From positions 2,816,001 through 2,880,000 of the forward strand of contig OY969934.1 in assembly GCA_963704725.1 (NCBI GenBank): a DNA stretch of 64,000 nt, given 5' to 3'. This document shows, piece by piece, positions 28,223-38,653 of the stretch. A program made the translations under genes and the position numbers. Positions within the stretch are counted from its first letter, which is position 1. Each line of letters starts with the position of its first letter. The notes under the pieces were generated by a model that searched no databases, had not been told where the DNA came from, and saw nothing but the letters and a program-made list of their open reading frames with translations. The DNA comes from an uncultured Actinomycetes bacterium. Lineage in GTDB: Bacteria; Actinomycetota; UBA4738; HRBIN12.

Positions 28223-29151
28223 GCCGTCTCGCTCGACGCCGGAGCGGGTGCCGGATCCCCTGCACCGCGTTCGGCGGCCCAGGCCACCACGGCCTCGACC
28301 ACCGCATCCTGGATCGGCGGGCTGAGGAACCCGTGGATCCTGCCGGGGATGGTCCGCACCTCCACACCATCCGGGGCCGCTCGCAGCGCATCCGCCAGCG
28401 GGCCGGCGGTCGCCTCGCGGTACTCCTGGAGGGAGGAGTCGTCGGTCCCGAAGATCTGGACGATCGGGACGCCGCGCTCGAGCAGCGCGCGCATCGGCCG
28501 CTCGTAGCTGGGACCCACCAGCGCCGACCCCGAGGATCGATCCTCGCTCCTGCGGAGCTTCGCGCGCGCGTACCTCGCGTAGCGCTCTCGGGATCGCCGG
28601 TCGAGCAGGCCCTTGAGCCGCCGCAGTCGGAGCGCCTCGACCGCGTACCTGCCGAGGTTCCACGTCGCCGCGGCGTTCGCGGCCTTGCGCCCGCCACGCT
28701 CGTGATCGCGCAGCGACGTCGCGAGCAGCACCACGGCGTCCACGTCCGAGATCTCGGCCGCCGCCGCCAGCGCGCTCCGGCCTCCGAAGCAGGACCCCAC
28801 GAGGATCACGCGCTCCACACCGAGCTCGTGGAACCTGGCCACGGCGGCGCGGACGTCGGCGTCGAACGGCCGGTCCAGCCGGAACCCTTCGACGAAGCCG
28901 GTGCTGTCGCCCGTGCCGTGGTAGTCGCACCGCAGCACCGCGTACCCCAGCCGAACCAGCTGGCGCGCCATGCGGACCGAGAGGCGATTGCGGTTGACCG
29001 TGAACGGCGTGCCCGCTCCGGGAAGGATGACGATGCCGGTCCGCACCGACCCGCTCTGCGGCAGCGTCACGACCCCGAAGAGCCTCGCGTCGGTCGTCTC
29101 GAAGAAGACCGGCAGCTCCGTGTATCCGGTCGTCACCATCGTGTCGCTCAC
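28219..29151 (-). CDS. Alpha/beta hydrolase-fold protein, Cys-elbow type (B2)
   Basis: NRNRLSV, DYHGTGDS, GSCFGG, GRIHGF; GTG after GGAGG. Confidence 0.8.
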   Translation of the reverse strand: MSDTMVTTGYTELPVFFETTDARLFGVVTLPQSGSVRTGIVILPGAGTPFTVNRNRLSVRMARQLVRLGYAVLRCDYHGTGDSTGFVEGFRLDRPFDADVRAAVARFHELGVERVILVGSCFGGRSALAAAAEISDVDAVVLLATSLRDHERGGRKAANAAATWNLGRYAVEALRLRRLKGLLDRRSRERYARYARAKLRRSEDRSSGSALVGPSYERPMRALLERGVPIVQIFGTDDSSLQEYREATAGPLADALRAAPDGVEVRTIPGRIHGFLSPPIQDAVVEAVVAWAAERGAGDPAPAPASSETA

Positions 29152-30059
29152 ATCGTTCCTCCGCCGGCGCCCGCACCGATCCACGCCACCGTTCGGCCGA
29201 TCAGGGCGCCCGTCAGCGACCGCGTGGTCTCATCGACGTATCGCTCCTCGATGAGCCACCACGTCTCCTCCCCCCGGACACCCTCGGCGTCGACCCGGAT
29301 CCCGGCGGCGCGCCATCGCTCCACGAGCCGGTCCATGTCGGGACGCACCGAGCCGGTTGGACCCACCTGGACCACGAGCACGCGCCGAGGCGCGGACCCG
29401 AGCTCGGACTCGAGCGAGCGGCCGGCCGAGGAACGGTACAGGGGCGCGTCCAGCCGGTGCGCGACGACGTCCACGGACTCCCCCCTGCGGAGCTGCTCCT
29501 CGAGCTCCCTCCCCGACGCCGGACCTTCGACGCCCCGACGGATCTCCCGAACGAGCCGGCTCCGGAACGCGTCCTTGAAGAAGCCCGCCGAGTCGAGCAG
29601 GGGCTCCCACAGCGCGACCCCGGCCCCTGGAACCGCGTTCGCCGCCGATGCCGCGATCAGTGCGCCCCAACGGCATCCGACGATCGTGAGCGGCCCAGTG
29701 GGGGCCACGGCTCGGAGGTGCTCGATGCTCACGAGCGCGTCTTCCCGCATCGAGTCGAAGGTGAGATCGGCCGCGTCCCCGTCGCTGTTGCCCGAACCTC
29801 GATAGTGGAACCGCAGGGCGGCGAACCCCTGCCTCGCGAGGGCACGGGCGAGCAGGACCTCGCGCCGGTAGTTCTTCGCGAACTCTCCGAGCAGCGGTGA
29901 GCAGATCGCCACCGCGGCCCTGGGAGCCGATGCCGGCAGGTGGAGGTACGTGAAGATGCGGGCACCGATGTCGCCCCGGAACTCGGCGCGCTCGGTCGTG
30001 CCATCAGCGGCCACGGCGGTCGCCACCGCCGGTCCCGCCCGATCCACCTCGATCGCCAT
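29148..30059 (-). CDS. Alpha/beta hydrolase-fold protein, Arg-elbow (non-catalytic) type (A2)
   Basis: CSPLLGE..NYRREVL, FHYRGSGNSDGD, GCRWGA. Confidence 0.8.
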   Translation of the reverse strand: MAIEVDRAGPAVATAVAADGTTERAEFRGDIGARIFTYLHLPASAPRAAVAICSPLLGEFAKNYRREVLLARALARQGFAALRFHYRGSGNSDGDAADLTFDSMREDALVSIEHLRAVAPTGPLTIVGCRWGALIAASAANAVPGAGVALWEPLLDSAGFFKDAFRSRLVREIRRGVEGPASGRELEEQLRRGESVDVVAHRLDAPLYRSSAGRSLESELGSAPRRVLVVQVGPTGSVRPDMDRLVERWRAAGIRVDAEGVRGEETWWLIEERYVDETTRSLTGALIGRTVAWIGAGAGGGTM

Positions 30060-30088
30060 CGTCGCTCCTCGTCCGGTCGTGCCGTCCG

Positions 30089-31024
30089 TCACCCGGCCGT
30101 GCGCCGCTCGGCCGCCCAGCCGACGATCTCCTCGGCGACCGAGTCCTGGGCCGCCACCGTCGTGAACCCGTGGAGCTTGCCCGGCAGGACCGAGACCCGG
30201 ACGATCCCCCGCCCCTCGTCCAGGACGTCGGCGAGCCGGCCCCGCGCCGCCGGGAGGTACTCGTCCGTGTAGAAGCCGTCCTCGGCCCCGTAGATGAACC
30301 AGACGGGCACGCCGCGCTCGACGAGCGCTCGCAGCGGGCGTTCGAAGCTCGGCGCTACCTCCTCCGTGGAGGTGGGGCGGTCCCGCACCAGCCGGCGAAG
30401 GAGCGGCAGCTTGGCGGCCGTCACGCGCAGCTTGCCCCGCAGGTACTTCGCGTACGTGTGGCGCACACGCCCGTGTCGCAGCCCGCGCAGGGTGCTCGGA
30501 CGCAGCGCCACCCGCACGTACCGGGCGAAGCTCTTCTTGCGCGCGTAGTTCAGGCTCTTGTTCTCGCCGAGCGCGTAATCGCGAAGGGCCATGGCCACCG
30601 GGATCACGGCGTCGACGCCGTCGAGCTCGGCGGCGGCGGCGACCGCGGTCCGGGCGCCGAAGCACGATCCGGCAAGGATCACGCGCTCCACGCCGGCCCG
30701 CCGCAGGCACTCCACGGCACCCCGAACGTCGTCGATGAACGGGCGGTCGAGGCGGAACTCGTCGACCGAGCCCGTGCTGTCCCCGACCCCGTGGTAGTCG
30801 AGCCGGAACCCGGCGTAGCCGAGCGCCGCGAGCTCGCGGCAGATCCGGACCGACAGCCGGTTGCGGTTGATCGTGAGTGGCGTCCCGACGCCCGTGAGGA
30901 TGATGAGGCCCGTGCGCGCGACGCCCTCGGCGGGCAGGGTGAGGATCCCGAACAGGGTCTCGCCGCCGGCGTCGAAGTAGACGGGCGTCTCCACGTACGT
31001 GGTCGTCACGGCGAGCTCGCTCAT
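30089..31024 (-). CDS. Alpha/beta hydrolase-fold protein, Cys-elbow type (B1)
   Basis: NRNRLSV, DYHGVGDS, GSCFGA, GKLHGF. Confidence 0.8.
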   Translation of the reverse strand: MSELAVTTTYVETPVYFDAGGETLFGILTLPAEGVARTGLIILTGVGTPLTINRNRLSVRICRELAALGYAGFRLDYHGVGDSTGSVDEFRLDRPFIDDVRGAVECLRRAGVERVILAGSCFGARTAVAAAAELDGVDAVIPVAMALRDYALGENKSLNYARKKSFARYVRVALRPSTLRGLRHGRVRHTYAKYLRGKLRVTAAKLPLLRRLVRDRPTSTEEVAPSFERPLRALVERGVPVWFIYGAEDGFYTDEYLPAARGRLADVLDEGRGIVRVSVLPGKLHGFTTVAAQDSVAEEIVGWAAERRTAG

Positions 31025-31929
31025 GCGACCTCCATCGGCGAGCGCTGCTCGACCCAGCGCGTGGTGAGCGAGATCAGCTCCTTCGTCAGCGGCCGCTGGG
31101 CCTCGTCCCTCCAGCGCTCGTCGACGAGCCACCAGCTCTCCTCGCCTCGCACCGCCGGCGTCTCCACGTCGAAGCCGTCCGCCCGCCATCGCTCGGCCTG
31201 GCGGGCGAGGTCGTGGCGCACGGAACCGGTCGGCCCGATCTGCACGGCCAGGATCGGCCGTGGCGCCGGGCCGAGCTCTCCCGCGATCGACCGCCCCACC
31301 GAGGAGCCATACAGCTGCGGCATCAGCCGGTGCCCGGGCACCTCCACGGGCGTTCCGTCGCGCAGCCGCTGCTCGAGCTCCTGGCTCGTCGGCGGATGCT
31401 CGACGCCGTCACGCATCGCCTTCACCAGGAGGTTCCGGAAGGCCGCCTTGAAGAACGCCGAGGCTTCCAGGAGCGGCTCGAGGAGCACCACCCCGGCGCC
31501 CGGATGCGCCGCAGCCGCCGAGGCGGCGATGAGCGCCCCCCACCGGGTTCCGAGGAAGAACCGCGGCCCCGGCGGGACCTCCTCGTCGATGCGCTCGGCG
31601 GCGGCCAGGGCGTCCTCGCGCATCGACGCGAACGTCAGGTCCTCGTCGTCTCCGTCGCTGTTTCCGGTGAATCGGTAGTGGAAGCGCAGGGCGGCGTACC
31701 CGCGATGCGCGAGCCGCCGCGCGATGAGCACCTCACGCCGGTAGTTGTGCATGAACTCGCCGAGCAGCGGCGAGCAGACGACCACGGCGCCGCGCGGCCG
31801 GGACGCCGGAAGGTGCACGAACGTGAGCACCCGGCCCCCCGCCGGGCCACGCAGCTCCGCGCGCTCCACGGAACCGTCTGCCGCGACCCGTGTCGCCTCT
31901 GCGGCGACGACGGGATCGGACTGGACCAT
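31021..31929 (-). CDS. Alpha/beta hydrolase-fold protein, Arg-elbow (non-catalytic) type (A1)
   Basis: CSPLLGE..NYRREVL, FHYRFTGNSDGD, GTRWGA; ATG after AAGGAG. Confidence 0.8.
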   Translation of the reverse strand: MVQSDPVVAAEATRVAADGSVERAELRGPAGGRVLTFVHLPASRPRGAVVVCSPLLGEFMHNYRREVLIARRLAHRGYAALRFHYRFTGNSDGDDEDLTFASMREDALAAAERIDEEVPPGPRFFLGTRWGALIAASAAAAHPGAGVVLLEPLLEASAFFKAAFRNLLVKAMRDGVEHPPTSQELEQRLRDGTPVEVPGHRLMPQLYGSSVGRSIAGELGPAPRPILAVQIGPTGSVRHDLARQAERWRADGFDVETPAVRGEESWWLVDERWRDEAQRPLTKELISLTTRWVEQRSPMEVA

Positions 31930-31957
31930 CGGTGCTCCTTTCACGGGCTGGGTTCGG

Positions 31958-32923
31958 CTAGCTCACCGGGGCCGCGCCGGCCTTGCGGGCGTGCCGGGCA
32001 TCGGCGTCGGGTTCGACGCGGCGGCCCATGCGCCCGGCCCAGCCGTCCCGGCAGGCTCGGAGGTTCATGACCAGGTGATCCATCGCGAGCTTCGGCTCCA
32101 GCGGCAGGTTCACGATCGGCTTGCCGATGTTGACCGTCGCGACGCGGGCGGCCGTCCAGGGATGGCCGAACCGCCGGAGCATGTAGATCGAGTTCCGCAG
32201 GACGTAGTAGCGACGCCAGTTCATCGGCGCGAGGCGCTTGCCCGGGACCAGGTCCAGCCCCATCCGTCCGGCGGCCTCGCGGCGGAGCTTCCACAGGTCG
32301 CCGTGCGCGTAGAAGTGGTAGCCGGCCCGCGTCACCCGGAGGCCGAACTCGATCTCGGACAGGCCGAAGAAGAGCGGGGCGTGGAACGTGCCGGCGTCGC
32401 GCACCGCCGAAACGAGATAGAACGGGACCTGGTTGCCGGCGACGTGGTCCACCGCCACGGGACCGTGGAGCTCGCGGTCGGGGACGCGGCGGATCCGGCC
32501 CCGCCGCCAGTCGTATCGGCCACCGCTGATGCCGACCCCCGCGGTCCTCGGATCGTCCTGGAGCATCCGCTCGGCGAACCGCTCGAGCTCGGAGAAGACC
32601 GTGGAGTACGGCACCGGATCGTCGTCGTCGAGGACGACGATCCAATCGCGATCGTCGGCCAGCTCGAGGACGTGCCGCATCCCCGCCGCCACCCCTCCGG
32701 TGAATCCGAGATTGTCGTCCTGCTCCAGGTGGTCGACCTCCTCCGCGACCGCGCGGGCACCCGAGACCGCGTCACGCGACTCGGAGGTCGGCGCGTTGTC
32801 GACGACCACGAGACGGTCGAGGCGGCGGTCCTGGTCGGCCAGGCGCTGCAGCGTGATGGCCAGCGCCGCGGGACGCCGATACGTGACGAGGACGCCGAAG
32901 AGACGGTGCCGCGGCTCGCTCAC
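31958..32923 (-). CDS. Glycosyltransferase family 2
   Basis: VLVTYRR, VVVDN, NLGFTGG, VLDDDD, YY.LRN. Confidence 0.88.
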   Translation of the reverse strand: MSEPRHRLFGVLVTYRRPAALAITLQRLADQDRRLDRLVVVDNAPTSESRDAVSGARAVAEEVDHLEQDDNLGFTGGVAAGMRHVLELADDRDWIVVLDDDDPVPYSTVFSELERFAERMLQDDPRTAGVGISGGRYDWRRGRIRRVPDRELHGPVAVDHVAGNQVPFYLVSAVRDAGTFHAPLFFGLSEIEFGLRVTRAGYHFYAHGDLWKLRREAAGRMGLDLVPGKRLAPMNWRRYYVLRNSIYMLRRFGHPWTAARVATVNIGKPIVNLPLEPKLAMDHLVMNLRACRDGWAGRMGRRVEPDADARHARKAGAAPVS

Positions 32924-33978
32924 GCCGGCCCTCGCACCGGCTCGCCCGGAACGAACGACGGGATCCTCCCGGGGAGGCCGCGGGTGATCCCCAGGCCGGC
33001 CCCGAGCACCGCCGCGCCGGCCAGGACCACGAAGGGGAAGTGCAGGACGTAGTCGACGGTGGCCTGGACGGCCAGGACCGACACCCCGGCCGCCGACAGG
33101 ACCGCCACGCGGCCGGGCGCCCCTTCGGCCAGGGCGGCGAACCCCCACACGAAGACGCCGACCAGGAGGGCGTACCCGACGAGCCCCGTCTCGGCCCCCG
33201 CCTGCAGGAACTCGTTGTGCGCCCAGCGCAGGTCCGGATCCGACAGCGCGATCGGGCTCGTCCGAGCGAATCGGCCGGGTCCCACGCCGAACATGGGACG
33301 TCGCGCCGTGATCGACAGGGCGTCGTTCCACAGCGCCACCCGCTCCTGCGAGAGCGTCGCATCGACGAGCCGGTCGAGGGGGCCGGCGCCCGACCGGACC
33401 CCGATCGCGCCGAGCACGATCGTGGCCACGAGGGCCACGAGGAACACGCCTGCGCAGGCCGCAACGGCGGCGCGAGCGCCGCGAAGGCGCTCCACGCCGA
33501 GCGCGACGGCAACGAGGAGGGGCAGGCCGATCCCCGCCGTCCAGGACGCCGAGACGAGCACGAGCGGTGTGAAGGCGATCGCCGCCGCCGCGCCGACGAC
33601 CCGGAGTGGGCCGCGACCGACGACGGTCAGGAGGAGGGCGGCCACGAACGCCTGCGCGAAGAACGCGGCCGAGGCGTTCGCATAGCCGAACGGCCCCTCG
33701 AGCGGTCCGGCGCGCAGCGTCGCACCGGCGTCCGACCCGAAGACCGCGATCGCGGCCCCGACCAGGCCGAGCAGGACGAGCGTGGGCCGGCGAGCGGCGG
33801 CCACCCACGCCACGACGAGCGTCGTCGCGGCTCCACCGATGAGCGCCACGGCAGGTGCGGGGGAACCGCCCGCGCTCGTGCCCGAGACCAGCCACCATGC
33901 GCCGGCCGCGCCGAGCAGGGCCACGCCGCCCACCGCCGAGCCGGCCGACCACTCCGATCCGCGCTGGAGGGCGCTCAT
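32920..33978 (-). CDS. O-antigen ligase/oligosaccharyltransferase-like membrane protein (Wzy_C)
   Basis: Multiple TM helices; GPFGYANA, ERVALW, FGVGPG.F, AHNEFLQ..AETGLVG. Confidence 0.82.
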   Translation of the reverse strand: MSALQRGSEWSAGSAVGGVALLGAAGAWWLVSGTSAGGSPAPAVALIGGAATTLVVAWVAAARRPTLVLLGLVGAAIAVFGSDAGATLRAGPLEGPFGYANASAAFFAQAFVAALLLTVVGRGPLRVVGAAAAIAFTPLVLVSASWTAGIGLPLLVAVALGVERLRGARAAVAACAGVFLVALVATIVLGAIGVRSGAGPLDRLVDATLSQERVALWNDALSITARRPMFGVGPGRFARTSPIALSDPDLRWAHNEFLQAGAETGLVGYALLVGVFVWGFAALAEGAPGRVAVLSAAGVSVLAVQATVDYVLHFPFVVLAGAAVLGAGLGITRGLPGRIPSFVPGEPVRGPA

Positions 33979-35348
33979 GTGCGAGCCCCCGCCAACACCG
34001 ACGGCTCGGGGACGGCTCCCACGGCGGATGGCTCGTCGACGCGCCGCCGGGCCGTGACGCACAGCAGGACGAAGAACATCGGATAGAGCAGCGTCCGCTG
34101 GCGGGCGATGATCCCGAAGTTCGCCACGGCCGACAGCGCGACGATGGATCCGGCGACGTAGACGACGGCCACCGCGACGTACGGGGTCCTGCGGACCGAG
34201 CGCAGCGCCGCCAGGATCGACCTGAAGCGCACGACGACGACGAGGAGCAGGAGCGACCCCTCGATCGAGGTGACCGCCGCCTCGACCGTGTTCGCTTCGA
34301 ACAGGAAGGGCCGGAAGAGCACCGTGACGACCGAGAGCGCGAGGCCCGACGGCGAGGTGATCGATGGCGCGTTGAACTGTGAACCGCCCGCGCTCGTCAC
34401 CCGCTGCTGCTCGGCGACGACCGTGTCGAAGCTCGAGCCGAGGCCGGAGCGCGCCAGGTAGCCGCGCATCGTGACGCCGAGCACGACGAGGACGCCGGCG
34501 AACAGGACGACGGTGGCCAGCTTGGCGATCGGGCCGAGCTGTCGCAAGCTGTGGCTCGGCTTGCGCAGGAGACCCCCGACGACGAACCCGACCCCCATGA
34601 GCGCGGCGATGGGCGCCCGAACGAGCGCGGCCAATCCGATCCCGATCGCCGCGATCAGGAGCCCCGGCACGATCTTGCGCGCCAGCATCGTCGCCGCGCC
34701 GAACGCCGCGATCCCCAGCCCGAACATCATCCACGACTCCTTGCCGATGCTCGAGGGCCAGAACAGGATCGAGGGCATGAAGAACAACCAGCGGGCGTAG
34801 CTGCGCCGGTTCCCCTCGGGCAGCGCCAGCACGAACGCCCGGTAGAAGTAGAAGGTCCCCCAGAACGCCAGCCACGCGTAGATCAGGAACCCCGCGATCA
34901 CGCTGGGCCGGATGATCGTGTAGACGATCCCGGTGAACAGCCGGATGAAGTTCGTGTCGTACAGGTTCCCGAGCTGCGGATCGAAGTTCCCGTGCAGGAA
35001 CCGCTCGGCGATGTCCGTTCCGAAGTTGTCGAACGAACGGGCGTCTGCCTTCTCGACGACGTGGAACGCGTGGAACCAGCGGAAGAGCGAGAACGCCATC
35101 TTCACGGACAGCGCGGCGACCAGGAACCAGAAGACCCGTCGGTCGCCCTCCCGCCGGGCCTGACGGGCGAGCGCCGGAAGCGTGGCCACGAACAGCACGG
35201 GGCCGACGAGCATCGCCCCCCACGAGTCCCAGGACGTCCGGTCCATGAGATAGAAGAGCAGCGTCAGGTAGCCCGCCACGAACGCGAGCCCCACCACGAC
35301 GATCGTCCGGTTGGGCGAACCCTCGCGGATGCGCTCGGCGCCGACCAT
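33975..35348 (-). CDS. Polytopic membrane protein, putative glycan polymerase (GT-C-like)
   Basis: About 10 hydrophobic segments; PSILFWPSSIGKE, LFRPFLFEA, ANFGIIARQR. Confidence 0.6.
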   Translation of the reverse strand: MVGAERIREGSPNRTIVVVGLAFVAGYLTLLFYLMDRTSWDSWGAMLVGPVLFVATLPALARQARREGDRRVFWFLVAALSVKMAFSLFRWFHAFHVVEKADARSFDNFGTDIAERFLHGNFDPQLGNLYDTNFIRLFTGIVYTIIRPSVIAGFLIYAWLAFWGTFYFYRAFVLALPEGNRRSYARWLFFMPSILFWPSSIGKESWMMFGLGIAAFGAATMLARKIVPGLLIAAIGIGLAALVRAPIAALMGVGFVVGGLLRKPSHSLRQLGPIAKLATVVLFAGVLVVLGVTMRGYLARSGLGSSFDTVVAEQQRVTSAGGSQFNAPSITSPSGLALSVVTVLFRPFLFEANTVEAAVTSIEGSLLLLVVVVRFRSILAALRSVRRTPYVAVAVVYVAGSIVALSAVANFGIIARQRTLLYPMFFVLLCVTARRRVDEPSAVGAVPEPSVLAGART

Positions 35349-36380
35349 TCAGAACACCTCCACGTCGCCGGTGGCGAGCGACCACGACGACAGGAGCCGG
35401 GGATCGGGGGCGAGGCCCTCGCGCAGAGGGTTCACCACGAAGGTCATGCCCTTCGGGGCGCGGATCGTGGTCGGTCCTCGGTGGGCCCGTCCGGCCGAGG
35501 ACCCCGGCGGGAACGCGGCCGCCACGTACGCGACGTCCGCGGACCGGCGGACGGCGGCGAGCAGCCGCCGTGCGCCCTGCACGTCGCCGGGACGGACGAT
35601 GACGTCCCCCACCGAGATCCCCCACAGTGAGCCCTCGGCACGGAGCCGGAACAGCGCCAGCCCGGTGACCTCGCCGCCTCGTTCCTCGAGCACGGCGTGA
35701 TAGTCGAGGAGCGGCGCCCGGCCGTAGCGCCACCGCAGGTACTCGACCGACCTCGGCGTGGCGTAGCCCGGGCCCGGCGGCTGGGCGCGATCGAGCAGCG
35801 CCGAGATCCGCATCTCGTCGCCCAGGACCTCGTCGGCGCGGGGGGCGGACACGAGGGGACGCTCGGAGGCGTTCGACCGGCCGCGGCGGAGCTTGCCGAG
35901 CGCGAACGCCATCGGGCGACGGACGCGGACCGACACGGGGATCCGGCCGGTGATCTGCCAGCCCATCTTGAGATAGCCGGGCAGGCTGTTCTCGTTCGGC
36001 GTGTTGAAGATCAGGTCGACCTCGCCCTTCAGGGAGTCCAGCGCGGCCCGTGTGAGCGTGGAGAAGACCCCCCGGCCTCGCTCCTGCGGGTGGGTCACGG
36101 TGTCGACGGGACGCGCCGCCTCGATCGTCCGGTCCCCTATCCGGAACCGCCACCGCATGAGAGCCCGGAAGCCGATGATCCGCCCGCCGGTCTCGGCCAC
36201 GATCATGAACGAGCGCCCGAAGGGGTTCTCGAGATGCTTCCACCGGAAGTACTCGGGCGTGCGCTGGCCTCCCGGGCCGCCGCCGAGCGAGCCGCGGAGG
36301 AGGTCGAGGACCTCGGGCTCCTCGGCGTCCCGGTACGGCCGGACCAGCAGGTCGGTGCGCATCGACGTGTCCCCGCTCAC
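35349..36380 (-). CDS. GNAT-family N-acyltransferase
   Basis: VRPY, YFRWKH.ENPFG, DTVTHP..RGRGVFS, FNTPN.NS..GY.KMGW. Confidence 0.85.
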   Translation of the reverse strand: MSGDTSMRTDLLVRPYRDAEEPEVLDLLRGSLGGGPGGQRTPEYFRWKHLENPFGRSFMIVAETGGRIIGFRALMRWRFRIGDRTIEAARPVDTVTHPQERGRGVFSTLTRAALDSLKGEVDLIFNTPNENSLPGYLKMGWQITGRIPVSVRVRRPMAFALGKLRRGRSNASERPLVSAPRADEVLGDEMRISALLDRAQPPGPGYATPRSVEYLRWRYGRAPLLDYHAVLEERGGEVTGLALFRLRAEGSLWGISVGDVIVRPGDVQGARRLLAAVRRSADVAYVAAAFPPGSSAGRAHRGPTTIRAPKGMTFVVNPLREGLAPDPRLLSSWSLATGDVEVF

Positions 36381-37540
36381 GCCAGGAGCTCCCCGTACAC
36401 CTGCTCGATCCGTCGCACCGCCTGCCGCACGTCGAACGCCCGGGCCCGCTCGCGCGCGCCCGCGGCGAGCCTTCGCCGGAGACCGTCGTCCTCGAGCAGG
36501 CCCAGGACCGCCCTCGCCTGCTGCTCCGGCCGGCGGGCCTCGACCGTGACGCCGTTCACGCCGTCCTCGATGACCGCCCGGACGCCGCCGACGCGGGTGG
36601 CCACCGGGGGACAGCCCAGGGCCATGGACTCCAACAGCGCGAGGGGGAGCCCCTCGTGGATCGACGACATGGCGAAGACGTCGAAGGATCGGACGAGCCG
36701 GAGCGCGTCCTCCCGGAAGCCGGCGAACACGATCGTGTCGGCGACCCCCAGCCGGCGGGCCTCGGCCAGCATCTCCTGCTCCATCGGTCCCTGCCCCACG
36801 AAGACGAACCGGACGTCCGGCCGCTCCCGGGCCACGTGCGCCGCGATCTGCAGCATGTACTCGTAGCCCTTGTGAGGCTTGAAGTTCGCCACGGTCCCGA
36901 CCACGGGCGCTCCGGGAGCGATACCCAGCTCGTCCCGGACGCCGTTCGGACCGGGAGTGGCGACCACGCGGTCGACGTCGATCCCGTGATGCAGCGTCTC
37001 CAGCCGCGGCGTCGGGAGGAATCTGAGGGCTCGCGGGTAGCGGATCGACTGCCGCACCTCCTCCGAGACCGCGAAGACGTGATCGTTGCGGGGGAACGTG
37101 ATCGCGTTGGCCCAATAGGTCGAGCGGTGGTACCGCTCCCACACGTTGTGCTCGGTGGTCACCAGCACGGGGCGCGCTCGACCGAGGGACGCGCGGACCA
37201 TCGCCGCGACGTACGGCGAGTGCACGTGGAGCACCTCGATGCCGCGACCGCGGATCAGGGAGCGGAGACGACCGATCCATCCCATGCCCCGCGCCCCCTG
37301 CAGGCAGGTCACCTGGACGCCGAGGGCCTCGAGCTCGGGGACGAACGCGTCCTTCCACGGGAGCAGGTACGCGACCTCGTAGTCGAACCGCGTCCGGTCG
37401 CCGTGCTCGACCGCGTTCACGAGGAGCTGCTCGGCCCCTCCGCGACCGAGGCCCTTGATGAGCAGCAGGACGCGAGCCCGGGATGCGCCCGCCGGCGCAG
37501 CGGCGTCGCCCACGGCCTCGAGGGCTTCTCGGGTCCTCAC
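36377..37540 (-). CDS. Glycosyltransferase family 4
   Basis: GLGRGGAE, TTEHN, VANFKPHKG, SIHEGLPLALLESMA. Confidence 0.9.
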   Translation of the reverse strand: MRTREALEAVGDAAAPAGASRARVLLLIKGLGRGGAEQLLVNAVEHGDRTRFDYEVAYLLPWKDAFVPELEALGVQVTCLQGARGMGWIGRLRSLIRGRGIEVLHVHSPYVAAMVRASLGRARPVLVTTEHNVWERYHRSTYWANAITFPRNDHVFAVSEEVRQSIRYPRALRFLPTPRLETLHHGIDVDRVVATPGPNGVRDELGIAPGAPVVGTVANFKPHKGYEYMLQIAAHVARERPDVRFVFVGQGPMEQEMLAEARRLGVADTIVFAGFREDALRLVRSFDVFAMSSIHEGLPLALLESMALGCPPVATRVGGVRAVIEDGVNGVTVEARRPEQQARAVLGLLEDDGLRRRLAAGARERARAFDVRQAVRRIEQVYGELLA

Positions 37541-38652
37541 GCCGCCACCGTCTCGTACAGGTCCGCGACCCGCCGGGCCACGCTCGCGATGTCGAAACGA
37601 GGCAGGCATCGCGCCGCCGCCGCAGCGCCCATCGCCTCGCGGAGCGCGCGGTCCTCGAGCAGCTGCAACGTCCGCTCTGCCAGGGCCGCGTGGTCGCCCG
37701 GGGGGACGACGAAGCCGGTGACGCCGTCGGCCACGACCTCCGGCACGCCCGCCAGGCCGAACGAGACGACGGGGACGCCGGCCATGCCGGCCTCGATCAC
37801 GCACCCGGGCATCCCCTCGGTCCGGCTGGCCAGCACGAGCAGGTCGCTGGCGCCGAGCAGGTCGCCCACGTCCGACCGGGTGCCCAGCAGCCGGACGTGG
37901 TCCCCGAGGCCCCGCGCCCGGACCTCGTCGCGGACCTCGTCGCGCATCGGCCCGTCGCCGGCCATCATGTAGGCGATGTCGGGCAGGGACCCCGCGATCT
38001 TCGCGCACAGGTCGAGGTGGGCGAGCGGGTCCTTCTCGGGGCTGAGGGCGCCGACCGAGATCGCCACGGGCGCCGCGCCGTCGATGCCGAGCTCTCGGCG
38101 GACCTCGTCGCGTCCGCGAACGGGGCGGATGCGGTCGGGGTCGATGCCCCTGGGGATGGTCACGACCCGTTCCGGCGGGATCCCGAAGACCTCGAGGGTC
38201 TCCCGGCGCACCGACTCGGCCACCGCGACGATCCCGCCCGCCCGGCGCAGGAGCGCGGCGTGCATCGCCCGTCTCGGCCCGCGCGTGATGCTCGCCGGCG
38301 CCGTCCCGATCCGGCGGTAGACGGTCCCGGTCCCGGTCCCGGCCGCTCCGATCGCCGCGTACTTGAAGGCCTCGCCCCCATGCGCGTGCACGATGTCGGG
38401 CCGGAACCCGGTGATCGAGCGGCGGAGGTCCGCCAGGGTGGCGGCATCCATCCGAAGACCGGGGACCCGACGGCCGTCCGAGCGCAGGGGCCGCACGGGC
38501 GCGTCGTACGCCACGGCCGTCGGCCACGGCCCGTGCAGGAACACCACCCGCTGGTCGTAGCCGCCCATCCCGTCGAGGGCTCGCACGAGGTCCGAGGCGA
38601 ACATCTCGGCCCCCCGGCGCTGACCCGTGGCGACGACGTGCAGCAGCCGCAT
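37537..38652 (-). CDS. Glycosyltransferase family 4
   Basis: RRGAE, GALSPEK, SRTEGMPGCVIEA. Confidence 0.9.
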   Translation of the reverse strand: MRLLHVVATGQRRGAEMFASDLVRALDGMGGYDQRVVFLHGPWPTAVAYDAPVRPLRSDGRRVPGLRMDAATLADLRRSITGFRPDIVHAHGGEAFKYAAIGAAGTGTGTVYRRIGTAPASITRGPRRAMHAALLRRAGGIVAVAESVRRETLEVFGIPPERVVTIPRGIDPDRIRPVRGRDEVRRELGIDGAAPVAISVGALSPEKDPLAHLDLCAKIAGSLPDIAYMMAGDGPMRDEVRDEVRARGLGDHVRLLGTRSDVGDLLGASDLLVLASRTEGMPGCVIEAGMAGVPVVSFGLAGVPEVVADGVTGFVVPPGDHAALAERTLQLLEDRALREAMGAAAAARCLPRFDIASVARRVADLYETVAA

Positions 38653-38653
38653 G

